A DNA stretch of 58,253 nt, taken from positions 1 through 58,253 of the forward strand of contig CANRME010000001.1 of assembly GCA_947631655.1 (NCBI GenBank), given 5' to 3'. This DNA comes from an uncultured Bacilli bacterium. Its GTDB lineage: Bacteria; Bacillota_I; Bacilli_A; RF39; UBA660. Below are positions 27,897 to 35,317 of this stretch, one piece after another. Position 1 is the first letter of the stretch, and each line of letters opens with the position of its first letter. The notes under the pieces are model-generated. The model ran no database searches. It saw nothing but the letters and a program-made list of their open reading frames with translations, and had not been told where the DNA came from. The position numbers and the translations under genes were made by a program.

Positions 27897-28637
27897 ATGA
27901 AAAGAACGATGGCTGTATTTACCACATTCTTATTCTTATTATTAATAGTACCATTTACTACCGTTTTTGCGGAAACTAAAACAGTCACTGATCAAGACAC
28001 ACTAAAAGCAGCTTTAGGTGATAGTGAAGTTGATACAATAATATTAGGTGATGATATTAATACGACAGAAAAAATTAATATTATTCGTCCCGTAAAAATT
28101 GATGGTAATGGACATACTATTAGATATATAGGAAAATTCGGTGATGAACAATCTACTAGTAATAAAGTATGGGGTGGTATTTACGTCTTACAAGTTTATC
28201 GTACAAATGCAACCATTAAAGATATTAAGTTAATGGGTGGTAATGCCGCATTATTAGTTAATGGTGGTAGTGTTAAACTTGAAGGTACTATCGATGTATC
28301 AGAAAACGGATTTGGTGGTATTGAATTAGGTCAAGGTAAAGGTGTAAAAGAAACTGTTAAACTTGAACTAGATAAGGATACCAATATCGTAAACCGTACT
28401 GAAGATAAAGAAAGACCTACTCTATGGGTACCAGATGATTCTCAAGCTGCAACTTTAGTTATGGATGGTAAAACCCAAACTATTAGTACTGGTAAAGAAT
28501 TAACTTTAACTCAAGTAGAAGAAATGTTTGGTATTCAAGAAAGTCCTGAAACATCTGTTGTTAATGCTTGGTATTCTGCTTCTTACGCTTTAGGACTTTT
28601 AGGATTAGGTTATAGTACCAAAAAGATGTTTAATTAG
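27897..28637 (+). CDS. Secreted beta-helix-like surface protein with a C-terminal cell-wall sorting signal (SPETS)
   Basis: Signal peptide ending VFA-ET. The C-terminus runs SPETS, then the hydrophobic VVNAWYSASYALGLLGLGY, then the basic STKKMFN. Lies convergent with sortase B. Confidence 0.65.
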   Translation: MKRTMAVFTTFLFLLLIVPFTTVFAETKTVTDQDTLKAALGDSEVDTIILGDDINTTEKINIIRPVKIDGNGHTIRYIGKFGDEQSTSNKVWGGIYVLQVYRTNATIKDIKLMGGNAALLVNGGSVKLEGTIDVSENGFGGIELGQGKGVKETVKLELDKDTNIVNRTEDKERPTLWVPDDSQAATLVMDGKTQTISTGKELTLTQVEEMFGIQESPETSVVNAWYSASYALGLLGLGYSTKKMFN

Positions 28638-28663
28638 AAACTAATTATTTAGTTTCTTTTTTT
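28636..28663. terminator. Bidirectional hairpin terminator
   Basis: Stem agaaactaa/ttagtttct, then a T-run. It overlaps the srtB stop codon. Confidence 0.6.
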
Positions 28664-29439
28664 ATTAAACGAGCATGTAAGACGATTCGCATTCCATCGT
28701 TATCTTGACAAGTAGATAATGTAAGAATTTTATCATCGGTATTTAAAGTAGTTTTAAAATCAAAAATACTTCTTTCTAAAATAGTATTTAAAAATACTTG
28801 ATATTCTTCATCACTAGCAAAATGTGCGGTAATATAATAACTTTCTTTAGGAATAGAATATACACTGATTACTTGCCAAAGCATGTTAGTATTAGGAGTA
28901 GATATTTTAATTAATTGATTTTCTTTATCATCGATATAAGAAGAATCTAAAATATTAATTAAACTACCAAACATACTCATATCTAATCTACGATGTCCAT
29001 AAATTATAGTATTGTTATTTAAAAAATCTAGGTTATTTCGAAAGTCGCTAAAAACCCAGCCGGCTTTATTTTTGGTTTTATCAAAAGAATGAGTAAGATA
29101 ATATTTATTATCAGTGGTTTGAACTAAGGGATAATCGATTTTTGTATTTCCCATTTTAATCCATCCAACGGTTTCTCTATTTCTTAATAATAACTCATCA
29201 AAATTAACATTTAAAAAGTCTTCTTTAACAAGATCCCAGTAAAGATTATCTTCTTCATCTGGGGGATTTACAAGGTAAGTATCACTATTTACTAAAGTTG
29301 TTTCATCTATAATACTATTTTCTAATTCATCTTGTAATGAAGCATTATAAGAGTTATCTTTTTCTATCATAACCATTTGATAAATTGAAAAGACTACTAA
29401 GTTTAGAGAAATTAAAAATATAATAAAATTCTTGTGCAT
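28645..29439 (-). CDS. srtB: Class B sortase
   Basis: N-terminal TM, GWIKMGNTKIDYPLVQTTDNKYYLTHSF, IIYGHR, catalytic LTLSTC, and a C-terminal R. Confidence 0.85.
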   Translation of the reverse strand: MHKNFIIFLISLNLVVFSIYQMVMIEKDNSYNASLQDELENSIIDETTLVNSDTYLVNPPDEEDNLYWDLVKEDFLNVNFDELLLRNRETVGWIKMGNTKIDYPLVQTTDNKYYLTHSFDKTKNKAGWVFSDFRNNLDFLNNNTIIYGHRRLDMSMFGSLINILDSSYIDDKENQLIKISTPNTNMLWQVISVYSIPKESYYITAHFASDEEYQVFLNTILERSIFDFKTTLNTDDKILTLSTCQDNDGMRIVLHARLIKKETK

Positions 29440-29515
29440 TAATTATCACCTAGTAATAGTCTGAGTAAATATTAAAAAAACATTCAAAAACTGAATGTGT
29501 TCTTAAATATAGATA

Positions 29516-30283
29516 TTATTTATTAAAATTTTTATCCCAAACTCTTGCTAGACGGCTGATATTTTCTTTCTCTTTAATTGGTAAGGGTTCGTAAAATCTT
29601 AAGAGAATGTATTTACCATCAGGAGTTATTCTAGTAGTGTATTGATAGTCATTCATTAATAAATCCCATGTCCAATTAATATTATTATTACCATTAAAAT
29701 AAGCAATTAAAGCTCTGAAACATTCTTTAGGTATTTTACTATTAACAACATTTTTCCCCATTTTATTATAAATCATAAACCAATTAGGTTTTAAGGTAGA
29801 GCTTATACAAATAGAATTACTTTCGTAATTAAAACCTTTTCCATCTGGTACTAAAGGAATTATCGTAAACAAATCTTCATTTCTTAATTTAGGAATACTT
29901 AACATACTATTTAAGTAATATTGGGCGAGTTCCCCTATTTTCTTTTTAGAATATTTTCTTTCTTTATCAAAATCGTTATATATTTCATTAACATTATGAC
30001 AATATCTTTCGAATAAAGTATCAGCTATTTTAAAAATATCATCATTTGGTATATTACAAAATTTACGATAGTCAACTATCCATTTTAAATTTTTAAAGTA
30101 TTCAATAGTTTCTTTTTCATAGAAGATTATAAATTCATCTTCTAAACCATTTAAAGCTATTTTTTGATAATCTCTTTTTATTAGTTCATTAGGAATTGTT
30201 TTTTCACTTTGGGATATATATTCTAAGTCTTTTCTTTGAACATATACTACTTCATTATCTTTTTCGATATTAAATATCTTCAT
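29516..30283 (-). CDS. Hypothetical protein; N-terminal domain paralogous to the 2452-2973 product
   Basis: Shares about 90 N-terminal residues (VVYVQRKDLEYI, EFIIFYEKETIEYFKNLKWIVDY) with the 173 aa protein. Confidence 0.6.
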   Translation of the reverse strand: MKIFNIEKDNEVVYVQRKDLEYISQSEKTIPNELIKRDYQKIALNGLEDEFIIFYEKETIEYFKNLKWIVDYRKFCNIPNDDIFKIADTLFERYCHNVNEIYNDFDKERKYSKKKIGELAQYYLNSMLSIPKLRNEDLFTIIPLVPDGKGFNYESNSICISSTLKPNWFMIYNKMGKNVVNSKIPKECFRALIAYFNGNNNINWTWDLLMNDYQYTTRITPDGKYILLRFYEPLPIKEKENISRLARVWDKNFNK

Positions 30284-30325
30284 GTTTTATCCTTCTTTCG
30301 CCCGTAAGTATAATAATACAACTTT

Positions 30326-31729
30326 TCAGTTTTTATTACAACTTTTTTTTAAAATATCTTTGGCAGCGATAATACCAGTAGCAGCAGCAGCGACGATATT
30401 TCCGGCTTTACCAGAGCCATCACCAATAAAATATATATTGTGATTTTTAAGTTTCATATTGTTATCGGTTTCTATTTCGTTACTAAAGAACTTTATTTCT
30501 GGACCATATAATAAAGTTTCACCATTATTAACACCAGGAATTATTTTATCTAGAATTTCTAATCCTTCTAAGATATTTTTAATGATGCGATGCGGTAATA
30601 CTAAAGCTAAATCACCAGCTACAACATCTTTTAAAGTTGGTTCAATAAAACCTTTTTTAATGCGGTCCATATTACTACGACGGCCCATTCGTAAATCTCT
30701 TAAGGATTGAATAATTGGTTTACCATCACCTAAAGTATTAGCAATTTTAGCAATACATTCCCCATATTCGCGCGTGTTAGTGACGGGTTCAGTTAAATTT
30801 ACTTTAGAGATAAAAGCAAAATTGGAATTTAAAGATTTTTTATTTTTTAAAGCATGACCATTAACACAGATATATCCATTATAATTTTCTTTGGTTACGT
30901 ATCCACCAGGATTTGTACAGAAGGTTCTTATTTCATCGTTATAAGTTAAAGTTTTAATAAATATGGTAGGGTCATAAATAACATTGGTTATTTCTTCTAA
31001 TATTTCTTTTCTAACTTCCACTCTAACACCAATTTCAATACTTTGAGAAACATAGTTAATATGGTATTTATCGGCGAGTTCTTGAACCCATTTTGCTCCA
31101 GTTCTTCCAGGAGCTATGACCACATATTTAGTAGTAAGTTTTTCTTCTTTATTGCCCGTTTTAAATAATACTTCATACGTGCCATTATTATCTACCACAT
31201 CATTAACATAGGTGTTTTCTCTAATATCAACACTATGGTCTTTTAAATAATTGGTAAAATTTTCAATATAGGTAGGTAACATATCACTACCTAAATGTTT
31301 TTGTTTAATAACTAAAAGAGAAGCACCGACTTTAGCAATTTTTTCTTTTATTTTTAAAGCTTCATCCATATTAGTAGGATATGTTTCACTATTCATACCA
31401 AATTCATTAAAAATACGCTCGGTTTCATCAATTAAATTATATGCTTCACTTTGACTCATATATTTAAATAAGTCACTTTTACCAAGTTTAGGAATAAAGT
31501 TTAACTTTCCATCCGAAAAAGTTCCTGCTCCTCCATAACCTGACATAATAGCACAAGGCTTACAATTTAAACATATCCCATCTTTATTTTTATTCATAGG
31601 ACATATTCTGTTACTAGCAAATTTCCCCATATCTAAAAGTGCTACTTTTAGATTTTTATTCTTATTTACTAACTCATAAGCTGTAAATAATCCTGCTGGG
31701 CCAGCCCCTACTATTACTACATCATACAT
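30326..31729 (-). CDS. FAD-dependent oxidoreductase (COG2509-like NAD(FAD)-utilizing dehydrogenase)
   Basis: The YDVVIVGAGPAGLFTAYEL dinucleotide fold and a C-terminal GDGSGKAGNIVAAAATG. Confidence 0.8.
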   Translation of the reverse strand: MYDVVIVGAGPAGLFTAYELVNKNKNLKVALLDMGKFASNRICPMNKNKDGICLNCKPCAIMSGYGGAGTFSDGKLNFIPKLGKSDLFKYMSQSEAYNLIDETERIFNEFGMNSETYPTNMDEALKIKEKIAKVGASLLVIKQKHLGSDMLPTYIENFTNYLKDHSVDIRENTYVNDVVDNNGTYEVLFKTGNKEEKLTTKYVVIAPGRTGAKWVQELADKYHINYVSQSIEIGVRVEVRKEILEEITNVIYDPTIFIKTLTYNDEIRTFCTNPGGYVTKENYNGYICVNGHALKNKKSLNSNFAFISKVNLTEPVTNTREYGECIAKIANTLGDGKPIIQSLRDLRMGRRSNMDRIKKGFIEPTLKDVVAGDLALVLPHRIIKNILEGLEILDKIIPGVNNGETLLYGPEIKFFSNEIETDNNMKLKNHNIYFIGDGSGKAGNIVAAAATGIIAAKDILKKSCNKN

Positions 31730-31782
31730 TTAATTTACCACCCAATTTAATTATATCAAATTTTTAGGAATTTAGATATATT

Positions 31783-33090
31783 TTAATTAGGTCCAAGATA
31801 AGTTATTCGTGCATAACCATCGCCCGAATGCCCATTTTCTTTTTCTCCTTCCGGACTTAACATTTCTTCATTACCAGCTATCATTAAAGTACTAGTAAAA
31901 ATTCTATTACTATAATGATAAGAACATGTTATATCAGATTTGGCAGTTTCCTCGGTACAATTATTTTTTAATTGTATGTTATCTTCAATAGAGCTTTCCG
32001 TAATAGCTACACATCCTTTATACCCAGAAATGTACGATGAACCTCCGCCACCAGCAGAAGGTGCAAATCCTGGGTCCATGCCGCTACCACCACCATAGTA
32101 GCCACCGCCACCAGCACTTGAACTGCCTTTAACAGCACTACCCCCAACGCCAAATTTACCGAATAATTCTATCGATTTTTTATCATTTGTTGCTCCACCA
32201 CTAATTTGAGAACCGCCCATCGCATTACTCTCTACAGCAGTTGTAGATCCAAATAATTGAATTCCTTCACCACCAACTAAACCTCCGCCAAAGCCGCCGG
32301 AGCCATTTCCTATGCTACTCCAATAAAAACCTCCTCCGCCACCAGCAGCGACCATAATTCGAGATTTTAGTCCTTCCAAATCATCCCAATTAGTCCCTTT
32401 TGTTAAACGAATATCTGTAGCTCCTCCGCCAGAAGCAGCATTTGTATATTCATGTTGCTTTCCGCTTCCTCCTCCATTAAAAGTCGCATCTAGAACAGCT
32501 ACAATACGTGGTGTAGTAGTTTTTCCTCCTTCACCAACATATACATATAATGTTTCCCCTTCATTTAATTTTATTATTCCCGTAGTATAAGCACCTTGTC
32601 CACCTTTAGCACCTGTTTCAGTAGTTCCTCCACTTGCACCCCAAAGTTCTATTTTATATTTTCCCGTCTTAGATACAGTAAATTTTTGTTCAGTACCAGT
32701 AAATCCAAAATTATGGATTTGGTTATTATCAACAAAATAAATGTTACATTTATCTTGATGATTAGTTGTTAAAGATGCACTCCATTCTTCTTCATCAAAA
32801 GTTATTATTGAATTTTTTTCACACTCATAAGTAGCATAGAAGTATTCACCATCTTTTGAGGGAAAAGCATCCTTTTTCTCACCATTTACATAGACTGCTA
32901 TTTGTAAATCTTTACTATAAAAAGGTTCTACAGTAGTATATATAATTTGTTTATTATATTTTATTTGATATAATGCATAACTACTTCCTATGGCAACAAC
33001 TAATAATAAAGATATTACACCTAATATTATTTTATTTTTATTTCCTTTTTGGATTTTATTTAATTCTTTTTCTGGGTTAAAAGTTCTCAT
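31783..33090 (-). CDS. Signal-anchored surface protein, paralogue 1: shared N-terminus and stalk plus an ALK/LTK-type glycine-rich domain
   Basis: MRTFNPEKELNKIQKGNKNK, then a TM helix and a two-Cys stalk. The head carries FTVSKTGKYKIELWGASGG...LYVYVGEGG...GGGATDIR...VAAGGGGG. Confidence 0.8.
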   Translation of the reverse strand: MRTFNPEKELNKIQKGNKNKIILGVISLLLVVAIGSSYALYQIKYNKQIIYTTVEPFYSKDLQIAVYVNGEKKDAFPSKDGEYFYATYECEKNSIITFDEEEWSASLTTNHQDKCNIYFVDNNQIHNFGFTGTEQKFTVSKTGKYKIELWGASGGTTETGAKGGQGAYTTGIIKLNEGETLYVYVGEGGKTTTPRIVAVLDATFNGGGSGKQHEYTNAASGGGATDIRLTKGTNWDDLEGLKSRIMVAAGGGGGFYWSSIGNGSGGFGGGLVGGEGIQLFGSTTAVESNAMGGSQISGGATNDKKSIELFGKFGVGGSAVKGSSSAGGGGYYGGGSGMDPGFAPSAGGGGSSYISGYKGCVAITESSIEDNIQLKNNCTEETAKSDITCSYHYSNRIFTSTLMIAGNEEMLSPEGEKENGHSGDGYARITYLGPN

Positions 33091-33141
33091 ATATACACAT
33101 TCCTACCTTATGATTACATTCTAACATATTTTTTGAAAAGT

Positions 33142-33208
33142 TGCACTATTTTTGCAAATTTATTTATTTTTTTGCACCATTTTTGTGTTAAAAATGCACC
33201 ATTTTTGT
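33142..33208. promoter_or_regulatory. Three phased direct repeats TGCAC(C/T)ATTTTTG in the divergent promoter region
   Basis: Repeats start at 33142, 33173 and 33195 (spacings of 31 and 22 nt). The last one abuts the -35 region of the XRE gene; TATAAT is at 33231-33236. Confidence 0.5.
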
Positions 33209-33265
33209 AAGATAATTAAAATATATACATTATAATAATTATTCTTATAAATGAGGTGAATTAGT

Positions 33266-33688
33266 TTGGAATTTAAAAAAGAAGATGAAAATTACATCTA
33301 TTCAGTAATTGGTAAAAATATAAAAAAGTATCGTAAATTAAAGGGATGGACACAAGAAAAGTTAGCCGAAGAAATTAATTATTCTTTATCTTTTATTAGT
33401 GGTATTGAATCAGAATATCACCAAACTTTTTCTCTGGGGGCTTTATGGCGCATTTCACAAATACTAGGTGTTGATTTAGCCAAATTATGTGAAGATGCCA
33501 GTAAACCTCATAATATAAAATATATAACTTATAGATGTAGTTCTTGTGGTTTAGAAAATAAAATGCCTATTGAAGTAATAAAACACTATGAAGAAATATA
33601 TAAAATAGCAGGGAACAAAAACTTACCAACTTTTAATTGTACTAACTGCGATGGCGAATTAAAACCTGCTAATCCCATGGAATTTTAA
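33266..33688 (+). CDS. XRE-family HTH regulator with a C-terminal CxxC...CxxC zinc ribbon
   Basis: KKYRKLKGWTQEKLAEEINYSLSFISGIES, plus CSSCG...CTNCDG. TTG start preceded by GAGGTG. Confidence 0.8.
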   Translation: MEFKKEDENYIYSVIGKNIKKYRKLKGWTQEKLAEEINYSLSFISGIESEYHQTFSLGALWRISQILGVDLAKLCEDASKPHNIKYITYRCSSCGLENKMPIEVIKHYEEIYKIAGNKNLPTFNCTNCDGELKPANPMEF

Positions 33689-33698
33689 TATAATAATA

Positions 33699-33721
33699 CT
33701 AGCATGATTGCTAGTTTTTTA
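33699..33721 (+). terminator. Rho-independent terminator
   Basis: ctagca-tgat-tgctag followed by T7. Confidence 0.6.
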
Positions 33722-33731
33722 TTGACCAGGC

Positions 33732-33761
33732 TTGACAAACTAAAGTTTGCAGAGATATAAT
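33732..33761 (+). promoter_or_regulatory. Sigma70-type promoter for the RhuM-Doc gene
   Basis: TTGACA, 18 nt, TATAAT. Confidence 0.55.
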
Positions 33762-33834
33762 ATATTTGCAGTGAGAAAAGTGCACGTATAAAATGAATAC
33801 TCAAAAATGAATTATAAGAAAGGAAGAAATTTTT

Positions 33835-34773
33835 ATGAAAAATGAAATTATATTATTTGAAAATCAAAATGTAAAACTAGAAGTTAATATGCAAGATGAA
33901 ACCGTATGGCTTTCATTAGACCAAATGGCTGAATTATTTGGTAGAGATAAGTCAGTTATATCAAGACACATTAAAAATGCGTTAAAAGAAGAATTAGATT
34001 CTTCAGTTGTTGCAAATTTTGCAACAACTGCAAATGATGGAAAAAATTACCAAGTTCAATACTATAATCTTGATATGATTATATCGGTTGGGTATCGTGT
34101 TAAAAGCCAAAATGGTATTATATTTAGAAAATGGGCAACTAATGTATTAAAAGATTATATGGTTAAAGGATATGCAGTTAATCAAAAAAGATTAGATTAT
34201 TTAGAAAAAACCGTTAAACTTTTAAATATTGCAAGTAGAGGTAATGAAAGATTTAGTGGAGATGAAACTAAAGAAATATTAAATGTTATTAATGAATATT
34301 CCAAAGCATTAGATTTATTAGACGATTATGACCATAGAACAATTAAAAAAGTAAAAGGTCAAAATTGTGAAAAAGTAATCACCTATGAAGAATGTATAGA
34401 AATTATTAACAAATTAAGATTTAACAATGAAAGTAGTTTATTTGCTTTAGAAAGAGATAATAATTTTAAATCAATTATAAATGATATATATGGTTCATTT
34501 GATGGGAAGGATGTTTATTCCAGTATTGAAGAAAAGAGCGCAAATTTACTTTATTTAACAGTTAAGAATCATGCTTTTATTGATGGTAATAAAAGAATTG
34601 CTGCTACTATTTTTATTTATTTCTTACAAATGAATGATATATTATATAAAGAAGGTGGTCAAAAAGTAATAGATAATAATACATTAGCATCAATTACGCT
34701 TTTAATAGCAGAGTCTAATCCCAAAGAAAAAGAAATTATGATTGATTTGATAATGAATTTCCTAAAAAATTAA
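33835..34773 (+). CDS. RhuM-family protein with a C-terminal Doc/Fic domain
   Basis: RhuM-like N-terminus (FENQNVKLEV...WLSLDQMAELFGRDKSVISRHIKN...YYNLDMIISVGYRVKS), plus the Doc-type motif HAFIDGNKRIAA. Confidence 0.85.
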   Translation: MKNEIILFENQNVKLEVNMQDETVWLSLDQMAELFGRDKSVISRHIKNALKEELDSSVVANFATTANDGKNYQVQYYNLDMIISVGYRVKSQNGIIFRKWATNVLKDYMVKGYAVNQKRLDYLEKTVKLLNIASRGNERFSGDETKEILNVINEYSKALDLLDDYDHRTIKKVKGQNCEKVITYEECIEIINKLRFNNESSLFALERDNNFKSIINDIYGSFDGKDVYSSIEEKSANLLYLTVKNHAFIDGNKRIAATIFIYFLQMNDILYKEGGQKVIDNNTLASITLLIAESNPKEKEIMIDLIMNFLKN

Positions 34774-34778
34774 TATTT

Positions 34779-34811
34779 AAAAACTATGAGTTTTTGCTCA
34801 TAGTTTTAGTT
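34779..34811. terminator. Bidirectional hairpin terminator
   Basis: Stem aaaactatgag/ctcatagtttt with loop tttttg. It overlaps the nrdG stop codon. Confidence 0.65.
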
Positions 34812-35315
34812 TTCAACAAATTCTTCTTCAAGAATTTCTATTTTTTTATTTTTTAAAGTCTTTTTAATATCGATTACTCTTTGATTAGATGAACCTTTCC
34901 ATCGTAGCATTGGATTTCTTAGTTCATCAACATACTGCCCATCAACAATAACATCAATATATTTTAGAACTTCTTTATCCATTAAATCTCTATCAACTAA
35001 GAATCCTGTCCATACCCAAATAGTTTTATTAGGATATTTTTTCTTAAATTCTTTAGCTAGTTTAGTAGTTCCTTCAATGTTAATAGGATGCATTGGTTCA
35101 CCACCTAGAATGGATAAACCTGCAATATGATTTTTATCACATAATTCTAAGACTTTATTAATTGTCTCATCGGTAAATTCTTTACCACCATTGAAATCAT
35201 GGGTTTCAGGATTAAAACAGTTTTTGCAATGAAAAGTACATCCTTGCATAAAGATACTTACTCTTACCCCTGGACCGTTAGAAATATCCATTTTTCTAAT
35301 TTTATTGTATCTCAT
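34806..35315 (-). CDS. nrdG: Anaerobic ribonucleoside-triphosphate reductase activating protein
   Basis: DISNGPGVRVSIFMQGCTFHCKNCFNPET radical SAM cluster motif; lies immediately downstream of nrdD. Confidence 0.9.
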   Translation of the reverse strand: MRYNKIRKMDISNGPGVRVSIFMQGCTFHCKNCFNPETHDFNGGKEFTDETINKVLELCDKNHIAGLSILGGEPMHPINIEGTTKLAKEFKKKYPNKTIWVWTGFLVDRDLMDKEVLKYIDVIVDGQYVDELRNPMLRWKGSSNQRVIDIKKTLKNKKIEILEEEFVEN

Positions 35316-35317
35316 AA

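Noticed and set aside
31990-32560. Gly-rich region of paralogue 1 as collagen-like or PE-PGRS-like low complexity
   Set aside because: There is no G-x-y triplet periodicity. Conserved non-Gly landmarks (YKIELWGASGG, LYVYVGEGG, GGGATDIR) match the structured glycine-rich domain family instead.
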